Counted from the stretch's first letter, positions 41,198 through 52,738 are shown. The stretch is 64,000 nt of DNA from Candidatus Multivoradales bacterium (GCA_965223155.1 CBDCVR010000014.1:128001-192000); one strand, 5' to 3'. Numbers and translations: made by a program. Notes: a model not told the origin generated them from the letters alone.

Positions 41198-42082
41198 ATG
41201 CATCTCTTCTTGTTCTTAGCTCTTCTCTCCGGCTCCCCGCTCCTGAGAGGTGGTGAGCACTTGAAGACACCGGGCTTAGTGCAGTTGCTCGTAGAACCTC
41301 AGAAATTCGAAGGACAGCGAGTCCTGCTTACCGGTGTCCTGGTTCTCGAAGGCGGGACCAATCGCCTGTGTCTAACCCGTGAACACGCGCACCTTGCGCT
41401 CGGGGACTACTGTTTGGACTTGGAGATTCACCAGCGTGCTTCGCCGAAAGGAGCGGCGCAATTCGGCGAAGAGGCAGTTTCCGTGTCGCAGGCCAACCTT
41501 GAGTACGTGGAAATCCTGGGAATGTTCGTAGCCAAACCAGCGTCACGGGGACATCGCCTCGAGAGGATCGAGAAAGTCCGTCTGCTTGAGGCGGAGGGTC
41601 CTCTTCAACAGGAATGGAATTCCCAGAAACCAGACCTGAACTTGGATCACGCCTCAGATCCTGGTCGGCTCGCCCGCACCTCCAAGCGAGCCAACGGTCA
41701 TCGCTTGCTGGAAATCTTGGTGGCTCCTGAAGCCTTTGACAGGAAACGAGTTCGACTCACAGGGACTCTGATGATCGAGAGTGGCGCGAACAGGCTCTGC
41801 GTTTCTCGAGAGCATGCAGAGTTGATCCTGCCCGATTTTTGTATTGGTCTCTCCTTAGGAAAATCCGAAGAATGGCACGGCGACCTCGAGGCTTTCTTGG
41901 CGGAGATGGACGGTCTGGCTGAATCCAATTTGGAGTACGTAGAGATCGAGGGTCGATTTTCGACAGAAGGCCCGGTCGGACTCTCTGGTCACCTTGAGGA
42001 TGTCGCAACAATCATGTTCCTCGAGGTCCGCGACGGGCGGCACAAGCCGACCTGGCGGGGTCCACACCTAAGGCCTCAGTGA
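41198..42082 (+). CDS. Putative immunity protein 4, exported, internally duplicated domain
   Basis: Signal peptide; two copies of L.P..F....V.LTG.L..E.G.NRLC..REHA.L...D.C...NLEYVEI.G.F. Confidence 0.72.
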   Translation: MHLFLFLALLSGSPLLRGGEHLKTPGLVQLLVEPQKFEGQRVLLTGVLVLEGGTNRLCLTREHAHLALGDYCLDLEIHQRASPKGAAQFGEEAVSVSQANLEYVEILGMFVAKPASRGHRLERIEKVRLLEAEGPLQQEWNSQKPDLNLDHASDPGRLARTSKRANGHRLLEILVAPEAFDRKRVRLTGTLMIESGANRLCVSREHAELILPDFCIGLSLGKSEEWHGDLEAFLAEMDGLAESNLEYVEIEGRFSTEGPVGLSGHLEDVATIMFLEVRDGRHKPTWRGPHLRPQ

Positions 42083-42094
42083 TTCGTTATCACA

Positions 42095-42952
42095 TCGGTA
42101 CCGGCTCGGGCGTGCCGGGCCTTGCAACTGTCGGAGTCGACGTACCGGTACCAGTCGTGCCGGCAGGAGCCCGAGGGGCTACGGAGCCGGCTCGTGAAGC
42201 TCGCAGCCGAGCGTCCACGGTTTGGTTACCGGCGTCTCCATGTGCTCCTGGTGCGCGAGGGCTTCCGGGTCAACCACAAGCGGATCCAGCGGATGTACCG
42301 GGAGGAGAGGCTCTCTGTGCGGCGCAAGAAGCGCAAGCGCGTAGCGCAGACGGCTCGTCTGCCGAAGGTCGTGCCCGAGCGGGTGAACGAGCGCTGGTCG
42401 ATGGATTTCATGGCGGACAGCCTGGGTGCGGGTCGCACCTTTCGGACCCTCAACGTGGTCGATGACTTCAGTCGCGAGTGCGTGGCGATCGAGGTCGACA
42501 CGTCTCTGTCGCGCGAGCGAGTGGCGTGTGTGCTCGACAGCGTGATTGCGGATCGCGGCAAGCCACAGAGCTTGGTGATGGACAATGGGCCCGAGTTTGC
42601 CGGCCGCGCTCTCGACGTCTGGGCCTATGAACGAGGCATCCAACTCGATTTCATTCGGCCGGGGAAACCGATCGAGAACTGTTTCGTCGAGAGCTTCAAC
42701 GGCAAGTTTCGTGACGAGTGCCTGAACCAGTGCTGGTTTACGAGCTTGCGCGACGCGCGCCGGGAGATCGAGCTCTGGCGACGAGACTACAACCAGGTGC
42801 GGCCCCACTCGTCGCTCGGGAACCTACCGCCCAGGGAGTTTGTACAAAGGGCGGCGCTTCGGTCACTTCCAGCGACCTCAGCGCCGCGTCAAGAACGACT
42901 ATGAACCGCCGGAAACTCTCACAAACACTGCGCGGAAACGGGGGTCAGGTCA
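42095..42952 (+). mobile_element. Left-truncated IS3-family element (IS407-like OrfB and right end)
   Basis: RAC...STYRY, GYRR, VNHKR, WSMDF, DNGPEF, PGKP..N..VESFNG..RDE; right end GGGGGTCAGGTCA; OrfA and left IR absent. Confidence 0.9.
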
Positions 42953-43553
42953 AATGCTAGAAACTACTGACATCCCGAACAGTGCTCTTGGCGACCGGGA
43001 ATAATTTCGACTTCGGTGGCGTTCCGATATAAAGACCGCCAGACGAGGACGGCCTAGTATTGGGTTAGTCTGGGTGCTGGTCAGGAGGATATTCAAAGTG
43101 TCCGAAGTCATCGGTGCAAGCACCGGCGTTTTCGTCACCCTCCTCGTGAGGTCAAGGGGGTAAAAACGGGAAGGAGATTCCGGATCGCCAGTGCGCGAAA
43201 GGCGCAGTGGAGTTCGAAACCAAGCGCCCGAACACGACTCGTACCTCCTGTGCAGCAAATAGGGCTGGACATGAGCCCGACAAATTGAGGAAGTCCCCAC
43301 CTTGGAAGGCATGAGGCGAAACAAAGCGCCGCAGTTCTTTCGTAAAGGCCAAGAGGCCTAGGGGAATCGTGTTGAGGCCCTGAAGGACTCCCGCTAACAT
43401 GTTCAAGGCGGACCCTTCAGGGCCGATTGCTTTTCGTCGTAATTGTCGGTTCCTGATGAAACTGAATCGGCAGGCATCCTCTGTCCCCGCTCCTCGGAAG
43501 ATTGAAGGTGCGAATATGGGTCGCCCTCGTGACGGACTTGAGAGAGCCCCTCT

Positions 43554-44033
43554 TTAGAGATCCACATCAAAGCCCCACACCACCCGATTCCCGGGTGTGA
43601 GCCGTCGGCTGCGTGATGGCAGCCTAATGTTGGTGACCACCGTAGGGTTCACCGCAGTGACCTGCACCGTGCCTATGAGTTCCCAGTTCGAGATAGGTCC
43701 GCTCTGAGCAACCAAGTCAACGCGGACGCGGTGCTTGCCTGACCGCACTCCACGGATGCTTCCACCTACAAAGCATCGGCCGAAGAACGTTCCCTTGCAG
43801 TCGGTGGTTGTTTGGCGATAGTCGATTCGTCCGACGAACTGACCGTCGATGAAGAGGTCGAATCGAGGCTTGGTAGCTTTGCTGGATCGCATATCAACGA
43901 TGACGGCCAGTTGGTTCTGTGAGGTGGGCGTTCCGGTGGGCGGGTCAACCCTCGGCGCAGTGGGACTGTCGCTTCCCGAGCCGCATGCGCCGACCAGGAC
44001 AGCCACAACAGCGAGTAGAGCGGCTCGTGTCAT
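43554..44033 (-). CDS. Hypothetical lipoprotein
   Basis: GGAGGG before ATG; MTRAALLAVVAVLVGAC lipobox, Ser/Pro linker, beta-rich domain. Confidence 0.72.
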   Translation of the reverse strand: MTRAALLAVVAVLVGACGSGSDSPTAPRVDPPTGTPTSQNQLAVIVDMRSSKATKPRFDLFIDGQFVGRIDYRQTTTDCKGTFFGRCFVGGSIRGVRSGKHRVRVDLVAQSGPISNWELIGTVQVTAVNPTVVTNIRLPSRSRRLTPGNRVVWGFDVDL

Positions 44034-44053
44034 GGGAGTTCCCCTCCAGAGAG

Positions 44054-44120
44054 AGGTTCCATCCTTTTCGCAAGAACTAATCAGTAGTTGACGTTTTCGA
44101 AAGGGGTGGGACCTACTTGG
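44054..44120. repeat. 61-bp palindromic element plus ACTTGG tail, copy 1
   Basis: AGGTTCCATCCTTTTCG-N27-CGAAAGGGGTGGGACCT. Confidence 0.85.
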
Positions 44121-44207
44121 CGTGGATTCTGTCGCCCGAAGTACTCGGATGTTCAATACGCGCCGGCGAACCGCGGTAAGGAAATCGGTTTCGATTGGAC
44201 TGATGGC

Positions 44208-45806
44208 GATGGCTCGGGCAACTTGAAATCCATCAGCGCCGACACCTACACCTACGATCAGTCCTCGCGCCTCCTCTCCGGCACCGCCGGCGGCGAGCGC
44301 CAGGACTACACCTACGACGCCTTCGGCAACATCACCCAGATCGCCCATACCGATGCCGGCGACACCCTGACCACCCGCTCCATCGGGGTCGTGCCCTCGA
44401 CCAACCGGTTGTCCGTCGCCACCTACGACGCGGCCGGCAACCTCACCTCCTGGGCCGGCAACACCTACACCTGGGACGCCCTGGGATCGCTGGTCCAGTT
44501 CAACGGCGGCCAGAACGGCGGCGGCACCTACCTCTACGACGTCGAAGACCGGCGGGTCGCCGTCTTGAAAAGCCCTGACAACACCGCGGCCGCGAAAGAC
44601 GAGACCTACATCGTCCGGAGCCCCGGTGGCCGGAACTTACGTGAGTTCCTCGTTACCGGGATCGATTCGCCTGCCACAAGATCGTGGTCGAAGGACTATG
44701 TCTTTGACGGCACCGTGTTAATCGGTTCAGTGCGCGCGGATGGCACAATCCGCCACTACCACAAGGACCATCTAGAGAGTCCTCGACTGATCACCGATGG
44801 AAGCGGCGCAGTCCTTGGAGCGCATCAGTATCTGCCCTACGGCGAGGAAGTCACGGATCCCAGTCAGAACGACGAGATCATGAAGTACACGATGCACCAG
44901 AGGGACGAGAACGGGCCGGGCACCGACGACGATCTCGACTACATGCTGGCGAGGTACTACTCCCCGCATCTGGGGCGGTTTCATTCTGTTGATCCAGAGA
45001 GGGGAGACTCGACGCGTTTGCAGACATTGAATCGCTATACTTATTCGATCTCAAACCCAATCGCATACGCTGACCCAGACGGACGTCTCGCGCTATACCT
45101 TGCGGGCGGCGTGGTAAGCAGCGACGCAAAAAGCGTCGGCCTCGACGAGCTTGAGAAATGCGGAACGATGAAGGGACTCGGACCGAGCAAGAAGCTCGCT
45201 CACGGTGATTGGGTAAACGGCGGGGCCTGGGTTGAGCAGGAGCTACAGGCCGACCCAAATCAGCCGGTAGTTATCGTTGGGCACAGTGAAGGAGCTCGCA
45301 AAGGCCTCGAACTCGTGCGGCAGCTTCACCAGAACGGTACGCGTGTCGATCTCTTCGTGTCCATTGACCCTCCGAACTTCGGTCAGGACAACCACGTGCC
45401 AGGGGGCATCCAGACTTGGAACTTCTATACAGGCGACTCGATCATGGGAATTCCGTTCGATGTCCAACTGCAAGGCAGCAACGTTCATAACATCGCTGTC
45501 GATGACATGGCCCATACCGATATCGATAGCGAAATTGTAGCTTTCGTCAACACCGCTGTGCGTCTCTCAGGCCTTGGGAATGGCGGCTCTAAGCAGGATC
45601 ACGAGGCGGAGCCTGACGCCTGTAAGACCGGAAATGGCTGGGGGTGGGGCGGTGCTGATCGATCGGGGCCCGGCGGCGGCAACGGTTCTCCCTTTGGTTA
45701 CGACTGGGAAAGCGCCTTTTGGTATCTCAGAGAGCTGGGCGGGTATGCAGGCTATTCCTATAGCGTTAGCGTCACGTCGCCGACCCACATCACATACGCG
45801 TTCTAG
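44208..45806 (+). pseudogene. Orphan Rhs cassette 5 with alpha/beta-hydrolase tip
   Basis: Core copy from DGSGNLKSI; divergent core after about 44620; DPDG ends 45083; VIVGHSEGA, SIDP, AHTDID. Confidence 0.85.
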
Positions 45807-45820
45807 GCTTTCGCTCCGGA

Positions 45821-46186
45821 ATGAGCCGTACCTCCCCTTTCCAACGACTACTCGGCAACCCGCTGGTCCTTGGACCACTTGCGGTGCATGTTCTCTGGTG
45901 GCTGATTGGAGGTTGGTGGTTCTGGCCACTACAGTTTGTTTTCTGTTTTCAGGGCTTCAGGCCGGGCAACGAAGTCAGCAACCTAATCGCATGGGGGTCG
46001 CTGGGGGTAGCCGCACTCACTTCGGTCATCCTTGGGTGGTTCATTGAAGAGCGTGCTCGGACCGCCGGAAGGGACTCGGCTGACTTGGTGATCTGGATTC
46101 TTCCGGTTTGGGCAGCTCCTCCACTCGTGATGGCGCTAGTCGTGTGCGGCTTTGCGTCCCTCATGGGCTGGGAGTGCGGCGTTTGA
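45821..46186 (+). CDS. Putative immunity protein 5, small membrane protein
   Basis: About three hydrophobic segments, directly after tip 5. Confidence 0.6.
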   Translation: MSRTSPFQRLLGNPLVLGPLAVHVLWWLIGGWWFWPLQFVFCFQGFRPGNEVSNLIAWGSLGVAALTSVILGWFIEERARTAGRDSADLVIWILPVWAAPPLVMALVVCGFASLMGWECGV

Positions 46187-46220
46187 CCCTTGGCGATCGC
46201 CAGGAAGCTCACGAACGTCT

Positions 46221-47284
46221 GCCGCCGGCAACCTCCTTGCATCCGTCAAGACCGATGGCGCAGGAGGGGAAGACATCCGGCACTACCACCGCGACCACCT
46301 GGGGAGCCCGCGCTTGATTACCGACGCATCAGGCTCCGAAGTGGGCCGGCGGACCTACCTCCCCTACGGCGAGATGGTCACCGACACCGCCTCCGACGAG
46401 ACCCACAAATACACCCTTCACGAGCGCGACGAAAACTTCGCCGGCACCGACGACGACTTGGACTACATGCTGGCCAGGTACTACTCCCCGCACCTGGGAA
46501 GATTCCTAAGCTGCGATCCGGAGAGGGGACGGGCGGAGCGGTTGCAGACGCTGAACCGGTATGCGTACGCGTGGGGAACCCGGTGAAGCATGTGGATCCG
46601 GATGGCCGAAAACCAAAGAAGGGCGATGCGAAAGGGAAGACTGCTGAGCCTGATGATCGCGTAGAGAATGGTGATTCGGGAAGCGTGGGGAACGACGGCC
46701 CGATCGATATCTTCTCCGACCATCTCGATGTAGTCGCAAGATACCATCCGCTCCATTTTTCAGGTTTCTGGGGCAACGATGGGCTGGATCAGGCCCTAGC
46801 CAAGATCCGTGATGCATTGGGGTTGCGACGAGGATCAGCGCCGAGGCTGGATCAACATAGACCTTTTGAGACCCTGGACGACCCGGAGGCGCTCAAGCAC
46901 GTAAAGTGTGCCGTAGGGCTGACGAATGAGGCGACCGCTAAAGGAGAGAGAAGAGAACATGGTTTCTACGTTGGACATCGGGGAGATTTTTCGAGCATAT
47001 TTGTCGCGCCAAACGGTGAAGTCCTGAACATGGGCAGCCGTTTCAGGCAAAGCTGGTCGTTCCATGTTCATCCCACGGACCCCAACCCCTCCAGGGAGGA
47101 TTACTACAACGGGGTCCCGAAGTTGATCGCGACCCCCGACGGGGTAGTTTTTGTGCCTGGCAATCGCGAAGGCAGCGACGGAAAACAAGATAGCAAGTCC
47201 TGGTCGGAATTGGGACTTTCCCCTGGCGATTTCTCGCAAGCTGACTGCGATGGCCTGGCAAGGGATAGCGCGTCAGGCTCATGA
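46221..47284 (+). pseudogene. Orphan Rhs cassette 6 (JAB-like tip), frameshifted
   Basis: Core from AAGNLL; G4 instead of G5 at 46573-46576; REHG...FHVHPTDPNPSRED. Confidence 0.87.
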
Positions 47285-48354
47285 TGAAGGCTTACCTAGC
47301 TGCAGCTGTCATTGCAGGTTCCGTTCCGCTTTTCGCGAACGAACTCTGCAGTTCCCTGGGAGCGACGGAAGGTGCGACTTGGCTCGAGTTTTCTAGCCTG
47401 GAGACCGAAGACCGGAATCTGATAGTACGAACGTCCGGCGAGCTATTCTTGGGTCCGAGCTTTACGGCCTTGTGCCCTCCTGGCTATGGTCTCAGTCGGA
47501 GTCGACCTCCGCTGTTGTCTGATTGCTTCCAACTCAACATAGATTGGAGGAACATTGGGATTCCGGCTTCGGAGGGGGATCGGATCTTGCGGCAGTGGGC
47601 AGGGCACGAGGTGGAGGTCGCCGGTACCCTAGCAGTGACGCCGCTGTCCTGGATGGAGCGGATTCTGGGCCGGGAATACGTTGGCTCCATCCGGGATGTG
47701 TTTGGAATTCAGCTTCTTTCTGCTCCCCCGGCTGCTGCGTACTGCATTGGGGTCTCGGTACCAAGCGTCTCAAGCGCGTGGGAGGAGCGATCGCTGCCGA
47801 TTGGAAGCGATAGACCATTGTGCTCTCTAGCCCGAGCAAATCGCGGCCCTGAAGAAGGCTACTGCATAGACCTGGCAAGGCCAATCGTCTGGCGAATCGA
47901 CAGTCTACTGGGGTTCGAGAACCAGGCGACGGACAGTCCCTCGACAAAGCTCCCCTTCGCTGTGCCAAGGCCGTTCTCGCCTCGAGATGTCGTCGAGCTA
48001 TCAGTAGCCGACGAGAACTACTTTTTCTTTACGCTTCACACGGGCGATCTGTTCTCCTTTGACGGTTCGTCTGTCCAGTTCGTTCGGAGTAGGTTTGTGG
48101 ACCTGCTGACCTACGACCGTGACGAGTGGATATACTACCGGGTCCGCGACATGAGCCCGATGCGGACCGTGGTGAGTAACTCGATCGAACGAGTTAATGC
48201 CACGGGTCTCGCGGAAACGGTATGGTCTTCCGATACCGATGAAGTGATCTTTTTTCGACTTCGAGAATCGAAAGAGTTGGAGTTGTCTTTGATAACAAGT
48301 TCTGGGCGCTGGATCGGCCCAATTTCAGAACGAGGTCGGAGACAAGAACGGTAG
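47281..48354 (+). CDS. Putative immunity protein 6, exported (family A)
   Basis: ATGA overlap; signal peptide; ALC...DCFQL...QWAGHEVEVAG; PFSPRDV. Confidence 0.72.
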   Translation: MMKAYLAAAVIAGSVPLFANELCSSLGATEGATWLEFSSLETEDRNLIVRTSGELFLGPSFTALCPPGYGLSRSRPPLLSDCFQLNIDWRNIGIPASEGDRILRQWAGHEVEVAGTLAVTPLSWMERILGREYVGSIRDVFGIQLLSAPPAAAYCIGVSVPSVSSAWEERSLPIGSDRPLCSLARANRGPEEGYCIDLARPIVWRIDSLLGFENQATDSPSTKLPFAVPRPFSPRDVVELSVADENYFFFTLHTGDLFSFDGSSVQFVRSRFVDLLTYDRDEWIYYRVRDMSPMRTVVSNSIERVNATGLAETVWSSDTDEVIFFRLRESKELELSLITSSGRWIGPISERGRRQER

Positions 48355-51236
48355 GTCATCACTCGCATCCCTACACCAACGCCGCCGCGGGCTCACCGGC
48401 GACCCAGACCACGGTCCAGTACGCCGCGGACGGCACCACCGAGCTCAAGCGCTCCGAGGGCTGGTTCGACGACTTCGGCCGCGCCTGGCGAGAGCGCAAG
48501 ATGGTGCCCGACCACGGCTGGGTGGAGCGCGAGACCCTGTACGACGCCTCGGGAGCGGTGTTTTCGGTCTCGGCCTGGGGAGACTTCACCAAAGTCACCC
48601 AGACCCTCGCCCGGGACGCCTTCGGCCGACCGACCCATGTCCGGCCGCCCGAGGGCTCGGCGCATGACGTCTTCTACACCTACATGGGTGACCGCCGCCA
48701 AGAGGCGACGACCTACGTGGCGACCTCGGAGACGGCGGAAAGCCAGGTCGGACGCAGGGTCATCCGGGACTCGTTCGGACGGCTGGACAACGTTCGAGAC
48801 CTGGGCCTCATTAGCGGCTTGAACCAGATCACGTACTACCGGTACAACGGCAGCGGCACGCTGGGCAAGCTTCATTCGAAGGCAGCCGATACGAACGTCC
48901 TCCAGGCGCGGGAGTTCATCTATGACCACCGGGGCTTCTTGCTGCGCGAGAAACATCCCGAGAAAGGCCCGTCTGGCAACGGCTCGGTCTTCTACTACGA
49001 CTACGATCCCTCGGGCAAACCCGGCCGTATGGTCGATGGCCCGAATCATCTCGGCTATAGCTACGACTCTCTGGGGCGGGTACTCGCCGTCGTCGACAAG
49101 AACAACGCCGACCGGCCCTTGAAAGAGTACGTCTACGACACGGCCCCGGGCCGCGGCGCCGGCAAGCTCGCCCAAGCCACCCGGCACAACTACGTCACCC
49201 TCCCCTGGGACGCGGCCGAGACCGACGCCTGGGTTACCGACCTCTACGACTACTCCGGCACCGCCGGAGCGCCGTCGGCCAAGACCACGAGCTTCGCCCG
49301 AGGTCCCTATCAATACACCTCGGCCTTCACCTACACCGACGGCGGCGCCATTGCTTCCGTGACCTACCCCACCTGTGACGCGGGCTTTGCCTGCCCGGGC
49401 ACTCCCGAGCCCGCCCGCACCGTCTCCTACACCTACGAACAGGGCCTTCTGCGCCAGGTTCCAGGCTGGACCAACACCATCACCTACCATCCCTCGGGCG
49501 CCTGGAACCAGATGCCCCGGGTCAACACCGTCACCGACGGCCGCGACTCCGACCCGGCTTCACCCGATCGCTTGAACCGCTTCCACGCCTCCTCGCCCTC
49601 CACCGGAGCCTCCTGGGACTCCGGGCCCATGGCCTACGACGGCTCCGGTAACTTGAAATCCATCGGCGCCGACAAGTACACCTACGATCAATCCTCGCGG
49701 CTCCTCTCCGGCACCGCCGGCGGCGAGCGCCAGGACTACACCTACGACGCCTTCGGCAACATCACCCAGATCGCCCACACCGATGGTGGTGGTGGAGTCA
49801 CCACCCGCTCCATCGGGGTCGTGCCCTCGACCAACCGGTTGTCCGTCGCCACCTACGACGCGGCCGGCAACCTCACCTCCTGGGCCGGCAACACCTACAC
49901 CTGGGACGCCCTGGGGTCGCTGGTCCAGTTCAACGGCGGCCAGAACGGCGGCGGCACCTACCTCTACGACGTCGAAGACCGGCGGGTGGCGGTCTTGAAA
50001 AGCCCTGACAACACCGAGGCCGCCAAAGACGAGACCTACATCGTCCGGAGCCTGGCCGGCCAGACCCTGCGCGAGTTCACCGTGACCGGACTCGACAGCC
50101 CGGCCACCCGGGCCTGGCAGAAGGACTACCTCTACGCCGCCGGCAACCTCCTTGCATCCGTCAAGACCGATGGCGCAGGAGGCGAAGACATCCGGCACTA
50201 CCACCGCGACCACCTGGGGAGCCCGCGCTTGATCACCGACGCATCAGGCTCCGAAGTGGGCCGGCGGACCTACCTCCCCTACGGCGAGATGGTCACCGAC
50301 ACCGCCTCCGACGAGACCCACAAATACACCCTCCACGAGCGCGACGAGAACTTCGCCGGCACCGACGACGACCTCGACTACATGCTCGCTCGCTACTACT
50401 CCCCGCATCTCGGGCGGTTCCTAAGCTGCGACCCGGAAAGGGGACGGGCGGAGCGGTTGCAGACGCTGAACCGGTATGCCTATGTTTCCGGCAATCCTCT
50501 TTCACGAATAGATCCGACGGGAAGTTGCGAGGTGATTCTAGACGATCGTGGGGATTTCGTCGGCCTAGAAGGTAAGGACTGTCCGCAGATTGATGGATCA
50601 ATCAAAGTGACAGACGAACCCGATCTGCTTCCGGAATTACCCAGGGGCGGGACTACACTGCCCGGAAGTGATGGTAGATCGGTTGACTCCTGTTCCGATC
50701 CATTCAGATACGACTACCTTCGGTGCCGTGAGGCTGGGGATTATCGCGATTTTCGCGTAAGAGACGAGGAGTTCGACAATGAACAGAAGAACTGGGGTGC
50801 GATGACTCAAAAGCAAGCTGCTCACATCTTGGATCGAGACCAGAAAGCGCTGTGCAAGTTTCAGACGATGGCCAACAGCTCCAGTACTGAAGTGGCTCTT
50901 GCAATGGAACATCGTGGCTTCATAAACGGTGTAGCCGCAACGTCTCCTCACTTTTTTGACAGCAATAATGCGAGGGCTACCAGAGGATCCATCGAGTACG
51001 ATCTGCCCGCCGGCAGACGTTGGGCGTATGAGATCCATTCCCACCTAACTGGGAGTAACTCACCATCCGACGCCGACTGGGAAGGCTCTTGGGACATGCA
51101 GGCAGTAGGGTTCCTCTATGATGTATCAGAACGAGAGTGGTTCGCATACCAGGCGATTCGACCGAACCCGAGTGGTCGCTCGTCCCTGCCTGCCGGTTTT
51201 CAAGCGTCGCTGGGTGCTTTCGATCCGTGCGGGTGA
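48355..51236 (+). pseudogene. Orphan Rhs cassette 7 (longest core; JAB-like tip)
   Basis: Core from YTNAAAG; NPLSRIDPTG ends 50522; TEVAL...EIHSHLTGSNSPSDAD. Confidence 0.88.
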
Positions 51237-52738
51237 GCCAAGTGCATCGAACCGTGGCTCGGGATGGCCTCGACATCACTGCGGCATCCTCAGCCGTTGT
51301 ACTGTGTGTTCTTGTCTGCCTGATCGAAATAGCGATTTCTCAATCGGTCGCAGGGCAGCAGCTCGAGTGGCCGGGCTCGTGTCGGTCCGACGAAGATCCC
51401 TGCAGCGCCATGGCGCTGTCGGCTTCCTTCCAGGCCAAGGAGGGGCGGCTGTCGGTGTGCGTCGATGGTCAGGGTCGACCCATTCTCTGGAAGGAACGCA
51501 AACCCAGACGGTATGGCTGCCAGGAGCTAGGGTGGCACGGGACGAAGCTCCCAATGCCACCAGGGCGATCGTCCGACGACCTCATTCAAATCGAAGCACT
51601 TGCTTCCGAGAATGCCGGCCTGGTGCTCTTGCTTTTCCGCGATGGAAGCCTGTTCTCTTGGGACTGGAGTGCTCCGGATTTGTCTCTGCTGGAATCGACA
51701 GGTGTCCGTGAGTTGTTTCGGCGTCCCGGTCTCGTCTTCTATTCTCAGAGCAGCGTCGAAGAGAGTGTTTCGGCGGAGTCTCTCTACTCCATATCCGGAG
51801 CCGGTCAAAAGCGGCAGGTCTGGAGCTTCGAAGGGCGGCATCTCGCGCATGTCTTCTTGAATCCAAATGGAGAAGGAATCGGGGTGCTTACCGAGTTCAA
51901 GGAGCACGAAGAAGAGTGGCTGGTCGATGACTCCGGCGCCAGGTTGGTGCAAGCACGCCGCCGAAACTGGGAGCTTCCCTTGGAAGCCTGGGAGCCGGTC
52001 GAACGACCTACCCTTGATCCAGGGGAAGTCCCAGGCTGGCTCCTCGGTCAGTGGTCGCTCCGGGAAGAGAACGATCACATCGTAGCCGCAAGCCCAAAGC
52101 CGGAGAGGCGTGGAGACGAAGTGCCCTTCTGGGTACCGCTGCGGCGAGGCCGGGAGGGTGAACGAATCGCCCTCAGGGTCGACAACGGATTCCTCCTCGG
52201 CTTCGATATGGGCGAATGGGGAGGAGGACTGTGGTTCTTCGACCCTGCCGGAAAGCAGTCCTACCCACTCTTTGCCGACAGCGATCCTGTGAACGATCTT
52301 CTGGATCTAGGTCACGAAGTTGTTGCGGTCTCCAGAGGTGCAAGCCGAGTTCGCTTTGAAGGTCAGGTACGGCTCGCTCCGTGTCTCTGGCGCCTTCACA
52401 AGGCCGGCGATCGTTGGGAGGTTCGGGAAACCCTGAAATGCGACGGCGTCTACGCGTCTTCCGTCCAGAACGATGGATCCCTTCTATTCGCCTCGCCGAC
52501 TGCGTTACATCGCTATCGGGACGGTGGGATCGAACGCCTGCATGAATTCAGAGGCTCGATTGCGCCGATTTCGATGCTGGCGAGGTCTGAAACCGAGATC
52601 TGGCTGGGGCTTGTCAACGCTGTCGTTCGACTCGACAGGAGCGGTACCGACTGGTCAGAGCAGTGGTTTGCCCCACCACGTGATCCTGATCCGGACTCTG
52701 AGCGTTGTCGAGAGCCCCGAGAAACTTACGAGGACTAG
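51233..52738 (+). CDS. Putative immunity protein 7, exported (family B, propeller-like)
   Basis: GTGA overlap; hydrophobic N-terminus; DNGFLLGFDMGEWGGGLW and WLGLVNAVVRL...WSEQW shared with 58219..59724. Confidence 0.7.
   Translation: MSQVHRTVARDGLDITAASSAVVLCVLVCLIEIAISQSVAGQQLEWPGSCRSDEDPCSAMALSASFQAKEGRLSVCVDGQGRPILWKERKPRRYGCQELGWHGTKLPMPPGRSSDDLIQIEALASENAGLVLLLFRDGSLFSWDWSAPDLSLLESTGVRELFRRPGLVFYSQSSVEESVSAESLYSISGAGQKRQVWSFEGRHLAHVFLNPNGEGIGVLTEFKEHEEEWLVDDSGARLVQARRRNWELPLEAWEPVERPTLDPGEVPGWLLGQWSLREENDHIVAASPKPERRGDEVPFWVPLRRGREGERIALRVDNGFLLGFDMGEWGGGLWFFDPAGKQSYPLFADSDPVNDLLDLGHEVVAVSRGASRVRFEGQVRLAPCLWRLHKAGDRWEVRETLKCDGVYASSVQNDGSLLFASPTALHRYRDGGIERLHEFRGSIAPISMLARSETEIWLGLVNAVVRLDRSGTDWSEQWFAPPRDPDPDSERCREPRETYED

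Noticed and set aside
42950-43406. Small ORFs after the IS3 end
   Set aside because: No recognisable motif, RBS or consistent coding signal.
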